Assembly (NCBI GenBank): GCA_038227045.1
Contig: JBBRQD010000010.1
Coordinates: 2,868-66,867, forward strand
DNA: 64,000 bases
Reading direction: 5' to 3'
Source: Planctomycetota bacterium
GTDB taxonomy: Bacteria > Planctomycetota > SZUA-567 > H5-PLA8
A program made the translations under genes and the position numbers. Position 1 is the first letter of the stretch. Each line of letters opens with the position of its first letter. A model generated the notes under the pieces. The model was not told the DNA's origin. It was given only the letters and a program-made list of their open reading frames with translations, and ran no database searches. Shown here piece by piece: positions 17,018 through 26,613 of the stretch.

Positions 17018-19477
17018 ATGCCTCGATGCGCCTCCGTCATCGCGCTGATGGTGTTGATTCCAGCCGCGCGATTGGCGGCGCTCGACGTCCCCGACCTCAA
17101 TGCGCCGCTGCCGACACGCCCCGAAATCCGCGTGCTCGAAGCGGATGCAGGCGTGCTGCTCAGCAAAGATGGTCATATCCTGGCAGCCGCGTGCCTTCGC
17201 CCCACCGATCGCGATCGAAAACACGACGATGCCGAAGTGCTTTCCGCTGCTGCTGCTGCGGCGGCGCTTGCCGGCGAAAAGCTTCAATCCGAAAAGGTTC
17301 GCGAACGCCGTTTTCCGATGATCGGCGGGCCGCCAAATTCCACCTTGAACGTCCTCGTTCAAACGCGCGCGGTGGTGAACGGTTTTCGCGCGCTGATTGC
17401 GTGTTCGGCGAGCAAACCGAAGAACGATCCCGCGGCCGCGCTCGGCGAAAAGCTTCCGCTCGTGCCGACGCCGCTTGAAATCGCCATTCAGATTTACCCC
17501 GATGCCGATGGCAAGCCGCTCAAGCTGACGTACCTTGATGGCGATCTCGTGCCGGGAAAAAAAGCCGACGCGACGGAATTGCGCGCGCGTTCGCTCACCT
17601 TTGAAAACGCGAAGAAGCAACGCGTCACGCTCGAGCGTTCCGGGCCGGCGACGTGGACTATTCGGCGGTCGCAGAACGCGATTTTTCTCGTCGCGAAACT
17701 CGCCAAAGATCCTCACGATCCAGCGATGTGGGGATCGTTTCTATTTTTTCTAGGATCGGGGCACGACGAAGATCCGCCGGAAGTGTCGCTGCTGCGCCTC
17801 GACAAAACAATGGTGCCGGCGCGCGACTCGATCGAAGGATCGTTGCGCGTATACGCGTCCGGCGCGAATCCGTATCTTTCGCAGGACGTGACCGTCGTCG
17901 CGGAAGTGGCCATGCCGCCACGCGCGGACGGCACGGTGCCGACGCGCAACCTGCCGTGCTTCTTTTACGAATCGGCGAACCCATCCGCGGAGGAAGGCGA
18001 GTTCCGTTTCCGCTTCGCGCCGCCCATCGAAGGGCTGTACGGCGTGCGCGTCTACGTGACGACGCCGGCCAGCAAATGCAACACGGACCCGGAATCGTTT
18101 CGAGCCGGGGTGCCCGCGAGTTCCGGCATTGCCCGGGTTCGCGCGGACGAACGCGTGCTGCGGTTGGACGATGGAACGCTTTTCGCGCCTGTCGGCTACG
18201 ACCTCGCGCGTTTTGGCGCAAAGGACGGAATCGACGCGTTTCGTGAGAAATTCATCGAGCTGGAACGCATCGGAGCCAACACCGCATGCATCGCGCTCTC
18301 CCGCCTGATGCCGCTGGAAGGCCCGGACGCGGGACACATCGACGTGGCCGTCGCGGAACAACTGGATGCGATTTTCAAGGCTGCGCAAGTGCGCGGCATC
18401 CGGCTGATTTTCGCTCTGGAAACCGGCGGCGACATCGGCAAAGGCAGTGCGACGCATCCTTATTTTATCGAAATGGGCGGGCCGCTGCCGGCGTCGGCGG
18501 AGTTTTTTCACGACCAGCAGGCGAAGCGACTTTTTCAAGCGCGCATGTTGTACGCTGCCGCGCGCTACAGCGCATTCCGCTCGCTGCTCTCATGGGAAAT
18601 CGTGCGCAACATCGACGACGCGTGGCCGCTCACGTTGAAGAAAGATCCCGGCGACAAATCGCTGCCTCCGGCGGAAATCGACCGCAGCCGGCGCGGGCGG
18701 CGCGACGTGGAGGAGTGGCTGGCGCAGATGGCGCAGCAGCTTCGCGGCTTCGATCAGCACGGTCATCCGATCTGCGTCTCCACCGCGCTTGAACCCGGCA
18801 AAGGATGGCCTGGATTGCAGGCGGTTGAAAACATCGACTGGACACTCTACCGGGACGCGGCCGCGGGCGCGCGCAGCGTCAACGAGAAATTTCCCGGCAT
18901 CGAAACAAAAATCGGACAATGGGCCGAAGCCGGGCGCGGTCCCGCGCGCACGCGCCGGCCGTGGGCAATCGGCGGATTCGGCGCGACACTAGACAGTGGC
19001 GGCGCGCTGTTCGCAAGTCTCGCGCACGGACTCGCGTGCGCGCCCATGATCGCCTGCGATCCCGGCAAACCCGTCGGCGAAGCAGAGCGTGGCTGGCTGC
19101 GCGGGGCATCGATCTTCAACGCGGCGCTGGCGGAGATTTCAACGTACGACGCGAAAGACGAACTTGCCACCGTCTCCGAATACGCGGGCGCGCCCGGGCC
19201 CAATACGCCGCTCACCGTGGCGCGAGCCTGCCGGCGCGGCGCCGCTGTTTGGATTCAAAACAACACCGTTACGACGGCTGGCGCGGAGTTCAAACTTCCC
19301 GGACTCACTGAGGGCAATTACACCATTTCGTGGATGGACACGCGCAGTGGCGAAATGTTCGAGAATCGAAAATATATCGCCCCGCCGCAGCAGGCGGGAA
19401 AAGGCCTCGAGCCGTTCGTGTTGAAACTGCCCGCGCTTAAAGGTGACGCGGCGGTGTTTATTGTTCGAGATCGCTAA
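17018..19477 (+). CDS. hypothetical secreted protein, possible Ig-like plus (beta/alpha)8 glycosidase-like domains
   Basis: 819-aa ORF, 14 nt after the previous gene. Signal-peptide-like N-terminus. The central region looks like a TIM barrel (LSWEIVRNIDD), but no catalytic NEP motif was recognised. Confidence 0.45.
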   Translation: MPRCASVIALMVLIPAARLAALDVPDLNAPLPTRPEIRVLEADAGVLLSKDGHILAAACLRPTDRDRKHDDAEVLSAAAAAAALAGEKLQSEKVRERRFPMIGGPPNSTLNVLVQTRAVVNGFRALIACSASKPKNDPAAALGEKLPLVPTPLEIAIQIYPDADGKPLKLTYLDGDLVPGKKADATELRARSLTFENAKKQRVTLERSGPATWTIRRSQNAIFLVAKLAKDPHDPAMWGSFLFFLGSGHDEDPPEVSLLRLDKTMVPARDSIEGSLRVYASGANPYLSQDVTVVAEVAMPPRADGTVPTRNLPCFFYESANPSAEEGEFRFRFAPPIEGLYGVRVYVTTPASKCNTDPESFRAGVPASSGIARVRADERVLRLDDGTLFAPVGYDLARFGAKDGIDAFREKFIELERIGANTACIALSRLMPLEGPDAGHIDVAVAEQLDAIFKAAQVRGIRLIFALETGGDIGKGSATHPYFIEMGGPLPASAEFFHDQQAKRLFQARMLYAAARYSAFRSLLSWEIVRNIDDAWPLTLKKDPGDKSLPPAEIDRSRRGRRDVEEWLAQMAQQLRGFDQHGHPICVSTALEPGKGWPGLQAVENIDWTLYRDAAAGARSVNEKFPGIETKIGQWAEAGRGPARTRRPWAIGGFGATLDSGGALFASLAHGLACAPMIACDPGKPVGEAERGWLRGASIFNAALAEISTYDAKDELATVSEYAGAPGPNTPLTVARACRRGAAVWIQNNTVTTAGAEFKLPGLTEGNYTISWMDTRSGEMFENRKYIAPPQQAGKGLEPFVLKLPALKGDAAVFIVRDR

Positions 19478-19495
19478 CGTGGCGAGACCGAACGG

Positions 19496-19564
19496 CTTTT
19501 CCCATTTTCCATTTCCTTCGGTTGGTCGATGCGCCCCAATAAATGGCAAATGAAAATTGGAAAG
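19496..19564. terminator. imperfect hairpin of the ttttccatt repeat family between convergent genes
   Basis: The arms are cttttcccattttccattt (19496-19514) and aaatggcaaatgaaaattggaaag (19541-19564). They are partially complementary and related to the arms at 36813-36848/37347-37382. Confidence 0.45.
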
Positions 19565-19589
19565 TGAATTTGGTTAAACGAGTTCTGGT

Positions 19590-21518
19590 TCATTGTTTTG
19601 GAATCACCGGTTTCGGGACCGGGACGGTCCCGCCACATTGGCGAATGAAGAAATCGTTGCCGGCGTTCGATGCCGCGTTTGGAAACTCGATCAGCGGCTC
19701 GTTTGCGCGCGGAGAATCCGTCCAAAAAATCAGCGCCTCCCTGCCCTCCCCTTTCGCATCTTCGACCGCCCAACTCAACGCTTTCGCCCGCGCCTTCGCC
19801 AGGCTGTTATCCATGTCTTCGGCGAGAGCGATTTCCAGCGCTCGCGCCGTGTACGGTTCCGAATTGTATTCGCTGCCGCTCGTATTCATTTTAAGCAACA
19901 GTGCATCGCCATTCGTTCGAATCCACAGAGCGCGGCGTGCATCCATGCCTGCCTGCGCGTCTGGACGAATTCGGATTGTGTCCATCGAATTCACGGCCAG
20001 CGTTTTCTCGGGCGTGCCAGCGGTGGAACGCGGCGCGAGCGTAATCGAAGCGGCCTGAAGCAGCGCCGGCTGATTCGGCGCAACGAGAATTTTTTCAAGT
20101 GCGGGCCGGTCGTCGTCGGTCCAGCGATCCAGACGCGCCGCACGCAGATCGTCGAGTTCGTCAAAGCGCGGCGCGAGCGTGCCGCCCTTCGGACCCCGCG
20201 CGGATGTTTCGTCGGCTCGGCGAAACGCTTCGAGCAGCGCCCACTCTTCGCTTACAACGGCGGTGCCGTCCGCCGAACGGCGTTCCCAGTGCACGCGCGA
20301 AATTGTCAGTTCTTGCTGCGGAAAAGAATTGGCGAGCAACACGGCCAGCAGCGCACCCGCGCCAACCGGAATCAGGGCCGCCTCGATTTTCGTGCGGCTC
20401 GTGCGCGCGAAAAGTAGCGTGGCGCAAAGAATCAGTGCGCCGCACGCCGACCACAACATAACCTTTCCGCGACGCGACGCGCTGGGCGCTGCCGGAGCGA
20501 ACGCGCCGAAGCGCTCGGGCTGCACGCGCGCGTCCGGCAGCTCCGCGCGCCGCCGCTGCAAATCCGGACGATTGAAGACTGCCGCGCCGTCGGCGTCCGC
20601 CGCTTCCGAGCCGGGAAAGAGAAACACGATCTGGCCGAAGCCATGCCACAGCCGCGCGTAAACGGGACGAAAATTCTTGGTCGCGAGAACGTCGTCCTTC
20701 TTCAGTCCCGCATTTTTCTCCCACCAATTCAATTCGGCGCGCACTTCTTTTTCCGGTTCCATCGGCAGCAACCGCAAACTCAACGCCGCAGCGAATGCTT
20801 CGCGCGAACCGAGAAACAATCGTCCCCCACCAAGCAGCCAGCGCCGCAGCGCTTCGCGCGCCTCTGGCCGCGCGTCTTTTATTCCGCCGTCGTGCAGCAC
20901 CACCCAGTCAACACTTTCCCACATCCAGCCTTCCGTTGGAAAATCGAGAGGAGATAACCGCGCGGTGTGATCCTGCGGCCCTTGCGGCGCGGCGCGGCCG
21001 CCGCAGACCAGCATAATTCGTCCGCCCGGCGGAATCGGGCGCAAGACGCGCGACAGCGACGACCGAAACAATTCGGCCCGGCCGCTCCCGTTCGCGCCGC
21101 CGCGCAAAATCAGCATGATATTCGCAGAGACGGCCGGCGCGCGCATCGGCAATTGAAAACGAGTCGTCCCCGTGATCAACGTGCCCGCTCGAGATGGCAC
21201 GCCGCGCTCAGCCCACTCGCTGCCCTCGCGTCCGTCGCCGCCTTCCACCGCCATCAACTCAACGTCCATTGCCGGCCCGGGATTTTCGACATGAATCTCC
21301 AGCGGAAACGCTTCACCAGGGCGGTATCTCAGCCCCAACGGCGCGCGCAGAGACACGCTGACACCGCTGATTTTCAATTCGGTGGGGAGCACAATCGTGT
21401 TTTCAAACGCACGCGACGATACACTCGCACTGAGCAATATGGCGAGCGGCGCAAGACTCCACGCGCCAGTGCGCCGGTGCTTCACAAGAAATATTTTTTG
21501 TCGCGCCGTCACATTCAT
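19590..21518 (-). CDS. hypothetical membrane protein
   Basis: Start set to ATG 21518 (MNVTARQ...), which removes the overlap with the GntP gene. Signal/TM at the N-terminus and two central TM helices (VMLWSACGALILCATLLF, ALIPVGAGALLAVLLA). No motif recognised. Confidence 0.5.
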   Translation of the reverse strand: MNVTARQKIFLVKHRRTGAWSLAPLAILLSASVSSRAFENTIVLPTELKISGVSVSLRAPLGLRYRPGEAFPLEIHVENPGPAMDVELMAVEGGDGREGSEWAERGVPSRAGTLITGTTRFQLPMRAPAVSANIMLILRGGANGSGRAELFRSSLSRVLRPIPPGGRIMLVCGGRAAPQGPQDHTARLSPLDFPTEGWMWESVDWVVLHDGGIKDARPEAREALRRWLLGGGRLFLGSREAFAAALSLRLLPMEPEKEVRAELNWWEKNAGLKKDDVLATKNFRPVYARLWHGFGQIVFLFPGSEAADADGAAVFNRPDLQRRRAELPDARVQPERFGAFAPAAPSASRRGKVMLWSACGALILCATLLFARTSRTKIEAALIPVGAGALLAVLLANSFPQQELTISRVHWERRSADGTAVVSEEWALLEAFRRADETSARGPKGGTLAPRFDELDDLRAARLDRWTDDDRPALEKILVAPNQPALLQAASITLAPRSTAGTPEKTLAVNSMDTIRIRPDAQAGMDARRALWIRTNGDALLLKMNTSGSEYNSEPYTARALEIALAEDMDNSLAKARAKALSWAVEDAKGEGREALIFWTDSPRANEPLIEFPNAASNAGNDFFIRQCGGTVPVPKPVIPKQ

Positions 21519-21547
21519 AATGCGTTCGTTTCGACCGAAATCCCGCC

Positions 21548-22912
21548 CTACAAGACCGCTTGTAAAAGCAGCGTCAACAGAAGCCCAGCGACGGATGCGA
21601 TGGTTGTGCCGACGCTCCATGTTTTAAACGTTTGAGACACGCTTATTCCGAAGAATTCTTTGACGATCCAGAAACCCCCGTCGTTGACATGTGAAAAAAT
21701 CAGCGATCCCGCGCCCAGCGCGACGACAAGCAACTCTTTGTTGACTCCGGCATGGCCCATGGCCATGGGCCCGACGATCCCGACCGCCGTCGTGATTGCC
21801 ACCGTCGACGATCCGACGGCCACGCGAATCAGCGACGCAACAAGCCACCCCATGACGAGTGGTGGCAACTGTGCCCCTTCCGCGAACCGAACAATCGCGC
21901 CAGCTACGCCGCACTCTTTTAGTATCTGATTGAATCCCCCGCCCGCGCCGACGACGAGCAATGTTGCGGCAACAGGGCCAAGGCAATCGTTGCTGTGCTT
22001 CAGAATTTCACTGCTTTTCATTCCGCGGGCGAAGCCAAACGAATAAAACGAAAACAACACTGCGATCAGCATCGAAATGAACGGCCCGCCGAAAAAAACG
22101 CACCAGCCGCGAAGCGTCGAATCGGGACTCAGTTTCACATCGGCGAGGCCTTTCATCAGCATCAGGACAATGGGCAGAAACATCGTCACGACCGTCAGAC
22201 CAAAGCCGGGCGGCGCGACCGGAGCGGCCTTCTTTTCGTCCACGGCATTCGCTTCCGCCGTCGGCTGATCGAAGCGCACTCTCTTCAGAATCCACTGTCC
22301 ATAAATCGGTCCGCCCAGGATCGCCATGGGGATTGCAATGATGAGGGAATAGAGGATTGTCTTTCCAATGTCGGCATGCAATTCCTTGATCACGATCATC
22401 GGCCCCGGGTGCGGCGGCACGCAGGCATGCATGGCGGACAATCCCGCCGCAAGCGGAATTCCCAATTTCATCAACGGTATTTTGTTGCTGCGCGAAATGA
22501 CGAAGACGATCGGCAGCAGCAGCATGAAACCGACGGAGAAAAATACCGGCATGCCGATCGCAATGGCTGCAACAAGAATTGCCCAGTCGGCGCGCTTCAC
22601 CCCAAACCACCCGACAATTCGCGCAGCAACGACCTCGGCTCCGCCCGATTCCGCCAGCATTTTTCCAAGCATTGCGCCCAGCACGATCACGCCCGTCACG
22701 CTGCCCAGCGCCTTGCCCACGCCGGCCTCGAAACTCTCCGCGATCACCGCGGGATTCATCCCGGCAACCAGCCCCAGTCCCAGCGCGGCCATGGCAAGCG
22801 CCAGAATCGCATTCAGATTGAATTTGCCGATTAATACGACGATGGCGACAATGGCGGCCAGCGCGCAAAGTAGGAGCTGCGTGTCGAGAAACGCGCGAAA
22901 GAAAGGGAACAT
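21548..22912 (-). CDS. GntP-family (gluconate:H+ symporter-type) permease
   Basis: 454-aa polytopic ORF with an overall GntP-like pattern (KFNLNAILALAMAALGLGLVAGM..., LGKMLAESGGAEVVA). Confidence 0.7.
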   Translation of the reverse strand: MFPFFRAFLDTQLLLCALAAIVAIVVLIGKFNLNAILALAMAALGLGLVAGMNPAVIAESFEAGVGKALGSVTGVIVLGAMLGKMLAESGGAEVVAARIVGWFGVKRADWAILVAAIAIGMPVFFSVGFMLLLPIVFVISRSNKIPLMKLGIPLAAGLSAMHACVPPHPGPMIVIKELHADIGKTILYSLIIAIPMAILGGPIYGQWILKRVRFDQPTAEANAVDEKKAAPVAPPGFGLTVVTMFLPIVLMLMKGLADVKLSPDSTLRGWCVFFGGPFISMLIAVLFSFYSFGFARGMKSSEILKHSNDCLGPVAATLLVVGAGGGFNQILKECGVAGAIVRFAEGAQLPPLVMGWLVASLIRVAVGSSTVAITTAVGIVGPMAMGHAGVNKELLVVALGAGSLIFSHVNDGGFWIVKEFFGISVSQTFKTWSVGTTIASVAGLLLTLLLQAVL

Positions 22913-23114
22913 GGATGCGCTAGACTATACCGCGTGCGCGCGACGGGAAATGAAAAATCGACGGCTTGACTTAATCGCCGATGAACGCGGATGAACACAG
23001 ATTACCGCAGATGAATTTTTGAGTGTCTGAGCGCGAAAACTTTTGATGACATCCCCATCGCGTTGACTATAATGCGTGTTCGATTTATTAACTGAATTCA
23101 AGAGGTAGCCTTAC

Positions 23115-24341
23115 ATGGTTCTCGCTCCGCGCCACAAGACGATTCAAGTTCCCGTGGGCCGCTTTAAGGTGGGCGGCGACGCGCCGGTCTGCGTTCAGTC
23201 CATGACCAACACCGACACCGCCGATGCGGCCGGGACCGCGCAACAAATTATCGAATTGGCGAACGCCGGTTCGGAACTCGTGCGCATCACGGTCAACGTG
23301 CCCGAGGCGGCGAAGAAGGTCGCTGAGATCAAGAAGCGCGTCAACGATGCAGGCATCGACGTGCCGATCATCGGCGACTTCCATTATAACGGGCACAAAC
23401 TGCTGACTGAATTTCCGGACTGCGCGGTCGCACTCGGCAAGTACCGCATCAATCCCGGCAACGTGGGACGGGGCAAGGCGCGCGACGTTCAGTTTTCGAC
23501 GATCTGCAAAATTGCGAAAGACAACGACAAGCCAGTGCGCATCGGTGTCAACGCCGGCTCGCTCAATCAAGAACTGGTCCTCGACAAAATGCAGGAGAAC
23601 ACCGACAAGGATTTGGGTAAGGACGCCGACGAAATCATTAACGAGTGCATGGTGATCAGCGCGCTGCAGAGCACCGAACTGGCGCTCGAATGCGGGCTGC
23701 GCAAAGACCAGATCATCATCTCGTGCAAGATTTCGAAGCCGGTGCATTTGATCGCGCTGTACCGCGAGCTGTCGAAGAAGACAGATCAGCCGCTGCATCT
23801 TGGACTGACCGAAGCGGGCATGGGACTGAAGGGGCATGTCTGGTCGTCGGCCGCGATGGGGATTTTGCTCGCGGAAGGGATCGGCGATACGATCCGCGTG
23901 TCACTGACACCAACGCCCGGCGGCGACCGCTGCCAGGAAGTGTACGCAGCCTGCGAACTGCTGCAATCGCTCGGCATCCGCTCGTTCGCGCCGTCGGTGA
24001 CAGCCTGCCCGGGCTGCGGGCGCACGACCAGCACGACATTCCAGGAACTCGCCGAACAAGTCCAGGGTTATCTGCGCGAGCAGATGCCGTCGTGGAAGAA
24101 GAAATACGAAGGCGTCGAAACGATGACGCTGGCGGTGATGGGCTGCGTAGTGAACGGGCCGGGCGAATCGAAGGCGGCGAACATCGGCATCAGTCTGCCG
24201 GGGACCGGCGAGGAGCCGCATTGCCCGGTGTATATCGACGGCAAAAATTTCACGACATTGCACGGCACGCCCGCGGACCTGGCGATTCAGTTTCGGAAAC
24301 TGGTGGATGATTATGTTGAGACGAAGTACGTGAAGCTGTAG
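23115..24341 (+). CDS. ispG: 4-hydroxy-3-methylbut-2-en-1-yl diphosphate synthase (IspG/GcpE)
   Basis: [18 protein letters not shown]-terminal signature. Fe-S ligand motifs ACPGCGRT and [10 protein letters not shown]. Confidence 0.9.
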   Translation: MVLAPRHKTIQVPVGRFKVGGDAPVCVQSMTNTDTADAAGTAQQIIELANAGSELVRITVNVPEAAKKVAEIKKRVNDAGIDVPIIGDFHYNGHKLLTEFPDCAVALGKYRINPGNVGRGKARDVQFSTICKIAKDNDKPVRIGVNAGSLNQELVLDKMQENTDKDLGKDADEIINECMVISALQSTELALECGLRKDQIIISCKISKPVHLIALYRELSKKTDQPLHLGLTEAGMGLKGHVWSSAAMGILLAEGIGDTIRVSLTPTPGGDRCQEVYAACELLQSLGIRSFAPSVTACPGCGRTTSTTFQELAEQVQGYLREQMPSWKKKYEGVETMTLAVMGCVVNGPGESKAANIGISLPGTGEEPHCPVYIDGKNFTTLHGTPADLAIQFRKLVDDYVETKYVKL

Positions 24342-24349
24342 GTTTTGCT

Positions 24350-24790
24350 TCAACGATTCCGATTCAGGGCGAGCATGAATTTATGGGGCGTCACGATTTT
24401 CGTGCGCCCTATTTTTTTGAGCGAGAGCAAGTGCCGGCGATCGTTGGTGACCAAATAATCCGCGTCGCCAGCTATGGCGAGTTCGAGAAATTTGCGGTCG
24501 GTGATGTCGCGAACAATTATCGGTAACACAATCCCGCTCGGTTCGATTTTTTCGCTCATCGAATTGATCAATGCGCAAATTTCCGGAACGATGATCGCCT
24601 TTTCTTCCAATTTGCTCTTAAATCGCGCCGACGACAACGCATCGAGCAATTCCTGTTGAACCGATGTGGACGACAAAAATTGGAAACGCGCGCTGAGAAT
24701 GCTTTGCAGAACATCGTAGCATGCGCCATCGTTAAACGGAGTAGTGATTCCCGAAACAAGAATATTGGTATCAATGGGAGCGCGCAGCAT
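24350..24790 (-). CDS. PIN-domain toxin (type II toxin-antitoxin)
   Basis: 146 aa with IDTNILVSG at the N-terminus and later RDITDRKFLELAIAGDADYLVTNDRRHLL. Overlaps the upstream small gene by 20 nt. Lower GC. Confidence 0.7.
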   Translation of the reverse strand: MLRAPIDTNILVSGITTPFNDGACYDVLQSILSARFQFLSSTSVQQELLDALSSARFKSKLEEKAIIVPEICALINSMSEKIEPSGIVLPIIVRDITDRKFLELAIAGDADYLVTNDRRHLLSLKKIGRTKIVTPHKFMLALNRNR

Positions 24791-25091
24791 TCTGCTTTCG
24801 AACCTCCTTTACCGCGGCATTTGCATCCCCCTCAACTTCTTTTGTGCTCTTATAATGTTTGGCTGTTTTCGTTCGAACTTCTACTAATAACTGTTCGAGT
24901 CGCTTACGATTCTTTTCTCGCTGCTCCGCACTTGCCGTCCCATTTTTTTCCGCACGATGACGAATCGATTTTTTCGCCGCCATCACAACCACTTTGGCAT
25001 CGCGCGTCAATTCGACAGGTTCGTCGGACGCCATGACGCGGTCAACGAATTCATTCAGTGTCATGTGTGTCGTTTCGAGTTCCAGGCGCAT
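24771..25091 (-). CDS. putative antitoxin (Phd/YefM-like N-terminus)
   Basis: 106 aa, upstream of and overlapping the PIN gene. N-terminal LNEFVDRVMASDEPVELTRDAKVVVMA. Strong SD aaggagga 7 nt before the ATG. Confidence 0.55.
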   Translation of the reverse strand: MRLELETTHMTLNEFVDRVMASDEPVELTRDAKVVVMAAKKSIRHRAEKNGTASAEQREKNRKRLEQLLVEVRTKTAKHYKSTKEVEGDANAAVKEVRKQNAARSH

Positions 25092-25125
25092 GTAAAAGTC
25101 CTCCTTTATGCAGACATTCTTACTA

Positions 25126-25135
25126 TATCATGATA
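25126..25135. promoter_or_regulatory. 10-bp perfect palindrome tatcatgata upstream of the antitoxin gene (candidate operator overlapping a tatagt -10-like hexamer on the minus strand)
   Basis: Palindrome seen directly. It lies 35-44 nt upstream of ATG 25091. Type II TA operons are typically autoregulated at such sites. Confidence 0.3.
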
Positions 25136-25195
25136 GCAGCGTCCTGGAAAGCGCACGGGCGAAGTCAGGGAAAGCCGTTATTATCGTCGTTCGAT

Positions 25196-26443
25196 ATGGA
25201 ACCGCGGATCGATTCTCACAGCAAAACGGATGCGCCTGCCGACGCCGTTTCGCGCCCTCGCGTGCTGATTGTTCACAATCGCTATCGTCAGCCCGGCGGG
25301 GAAGATGTGGTCGCGGAGGCTCAGGCGCGGTTGCTGGCTGAGCGCGGGCATGTGGTGCGCGTTTTTGAAAAAAGCAATTCGGAGATCGATTCGTATTCTT
25401 TTTTGCAGAAGGCTGCGTTGTTCTTCAAGACAGCTGATAATCGCTCCACGGCTGCGGAGATTGCGCGGGTTGTTGCTGAATTCAAGCCGGATGTCGCGCA
25501 TGTTCACAACACGCTGCCGCTGATCAGTCCGTCGATTTATGAACCTCTCAATAAGGCTGGCGTGAAGATTGTTCAGTGGCTGCATAATTATCGCCTAGTT
25601 TGCCCGGCGGGGACGCTTTATCGCAGTGATGCGCCGTGTTCTTTGTGCGTTCAAGGCGGCTTGAAACATGCTGTTGAGTACAGTTGCTGGACTGGATCGA
25701 AGCTCGCGACGATGGCGCTGGTGCGTATGTTGAAGATGCATCGCCGCTTAGGCACTTGGCGCGAGCGGGTTGATTTGTTTGTGGCTTTGAACCCGTTTCA
25801 AAAACAACTATTGGTCGAATCCGGCGGATTGCCCGAAGAGAAGATCGTCGTTCAGCCGAATTTCTCCGATGCGCCCGCGCTGGATCAACCGGCTTCGGCG
25901 GGCGAGGCTGGAGAATTTCTTTTTATTGGGCGGCTCACGCCTGAAAAGGGAATTGCGACGCTGTTGCGGGCGATGGCGGCGCTGCGCGGCGTGCCGATTG
26001 CGATAGCCGGCGACGGACCATTGAGTGAAACAGTTGCGCGCGAGTGCGCACAGACGGGACATTTGTGGCTTGGGCAATTGAGCCGCGAGGCGTTGCGTGC
26101 GCGTCTGGAGTCCGCGCGTGCGCTGATCTTCGCATCGGAGTGGCCGGAGGGCTGTCCGTCGGTGATTCTTGAAGCGCTGTCGTGCGGCAAGCCGGTCATT
26201 TCGTCGAGCGTTGCGGGAGCGGCGGCGTTGCTTCAAGAGGGCAAGACTGCGTTGTTTTTTCCGCCGGGGAATGCCGTGGCTTTGGCGGATTGCGTGCGGC
26301 AATTAATCGCGGCTCCACAGCTTGAATCGCGCATGGGCGCGGCGGCGCTGGCGCGTTTTACCGAATTTCATTCGCGCGACGCGGGGTATCGAAATTTGAT
26401 GGGGAATTTTGCGCGGGTGGGGATTGGGGCGGTCGCTGATTAA
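25196..26443 (+). CDS. glycosyltransferase family 4 (GT-B)
   Basis: Start set to ATG 25196. VLIVHNRYRQPGGED N-terminus and C-terminal E-x7-E-type region SEWPEGCPSVILEALSCGKPVI. Confidence 0.75.
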   Translation: MEPRIDSHSKTDAPADAVSRPRVLIVHNRYRQPGGEDVVAEAQARLLAERGHVVRVFEKSNSEIDSYSFLQKAALFFKTADNRSTAAEIARVVAEFKPDVAHVHNTLPLISPSIYEPLNKAGVKIVQWLHNYRLVCPAGTLYRSDAPCSLCVQGGLKHAVEYSCWTGSKLATMALVRMLKMHRRLGTWRERVDLFVALNPFQKQLLVESGGLPEEKIVVQPNFSDAPALDQPASAGEAGEFLFIGRLTPEKGIATLLRAMAALRGVPIAIAGDGPLSETVARECAQTGHLWLGQLSREALRARLESARALIFASEWPEGCPSVILEALSCGKPVISSSVAGAAALLQEGKTALFFPPGNAVALADCVRQLIAAPQLESRMGAAALARFTEFHSRDAGYRNLMGNFARVGIGAVAD

Positions 26444-26470
26444 TCGACTCGTGTTTATTAATCAGCGACC
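26431..26470 (+). terminator. 14-bp stem hairpin overlapping the GT4 stop codon
   Basis: ggtcgctgattaat (26431-26444) pairs with attaatcagcgacc (26457-26470). No U-tract follows. Confidence 0.4.
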
Positions 26471-26613
26471 TCCCCTCACCCCGCGAGCGATACGGCTGCT
26501 CGTCGGCCCTCTCCCGGGGGGAGAGGGGAATCCGCGCGCTCTTTACAATTCTGAAATCACAAATATAAGTGGGACGCTCTATCCCTTTCACTGCCTTTCG
26601 AGGATTCCATACC

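Noticed and set aside
16592-17716. 374-aa minus-strand ORF spanning two plus-strand genes
   Set aside because: It crosses the 16104-17003 / 17018-19477 gene boundary in antisense. It is Arg-rich with no motif.
21519-21620. N-terminal extension of the 676-aa ORF overlapping the GntP gene's 3' end by 73 nt
   Set aside because: Met 21518 gives a signal/TM start and removes the overlap.
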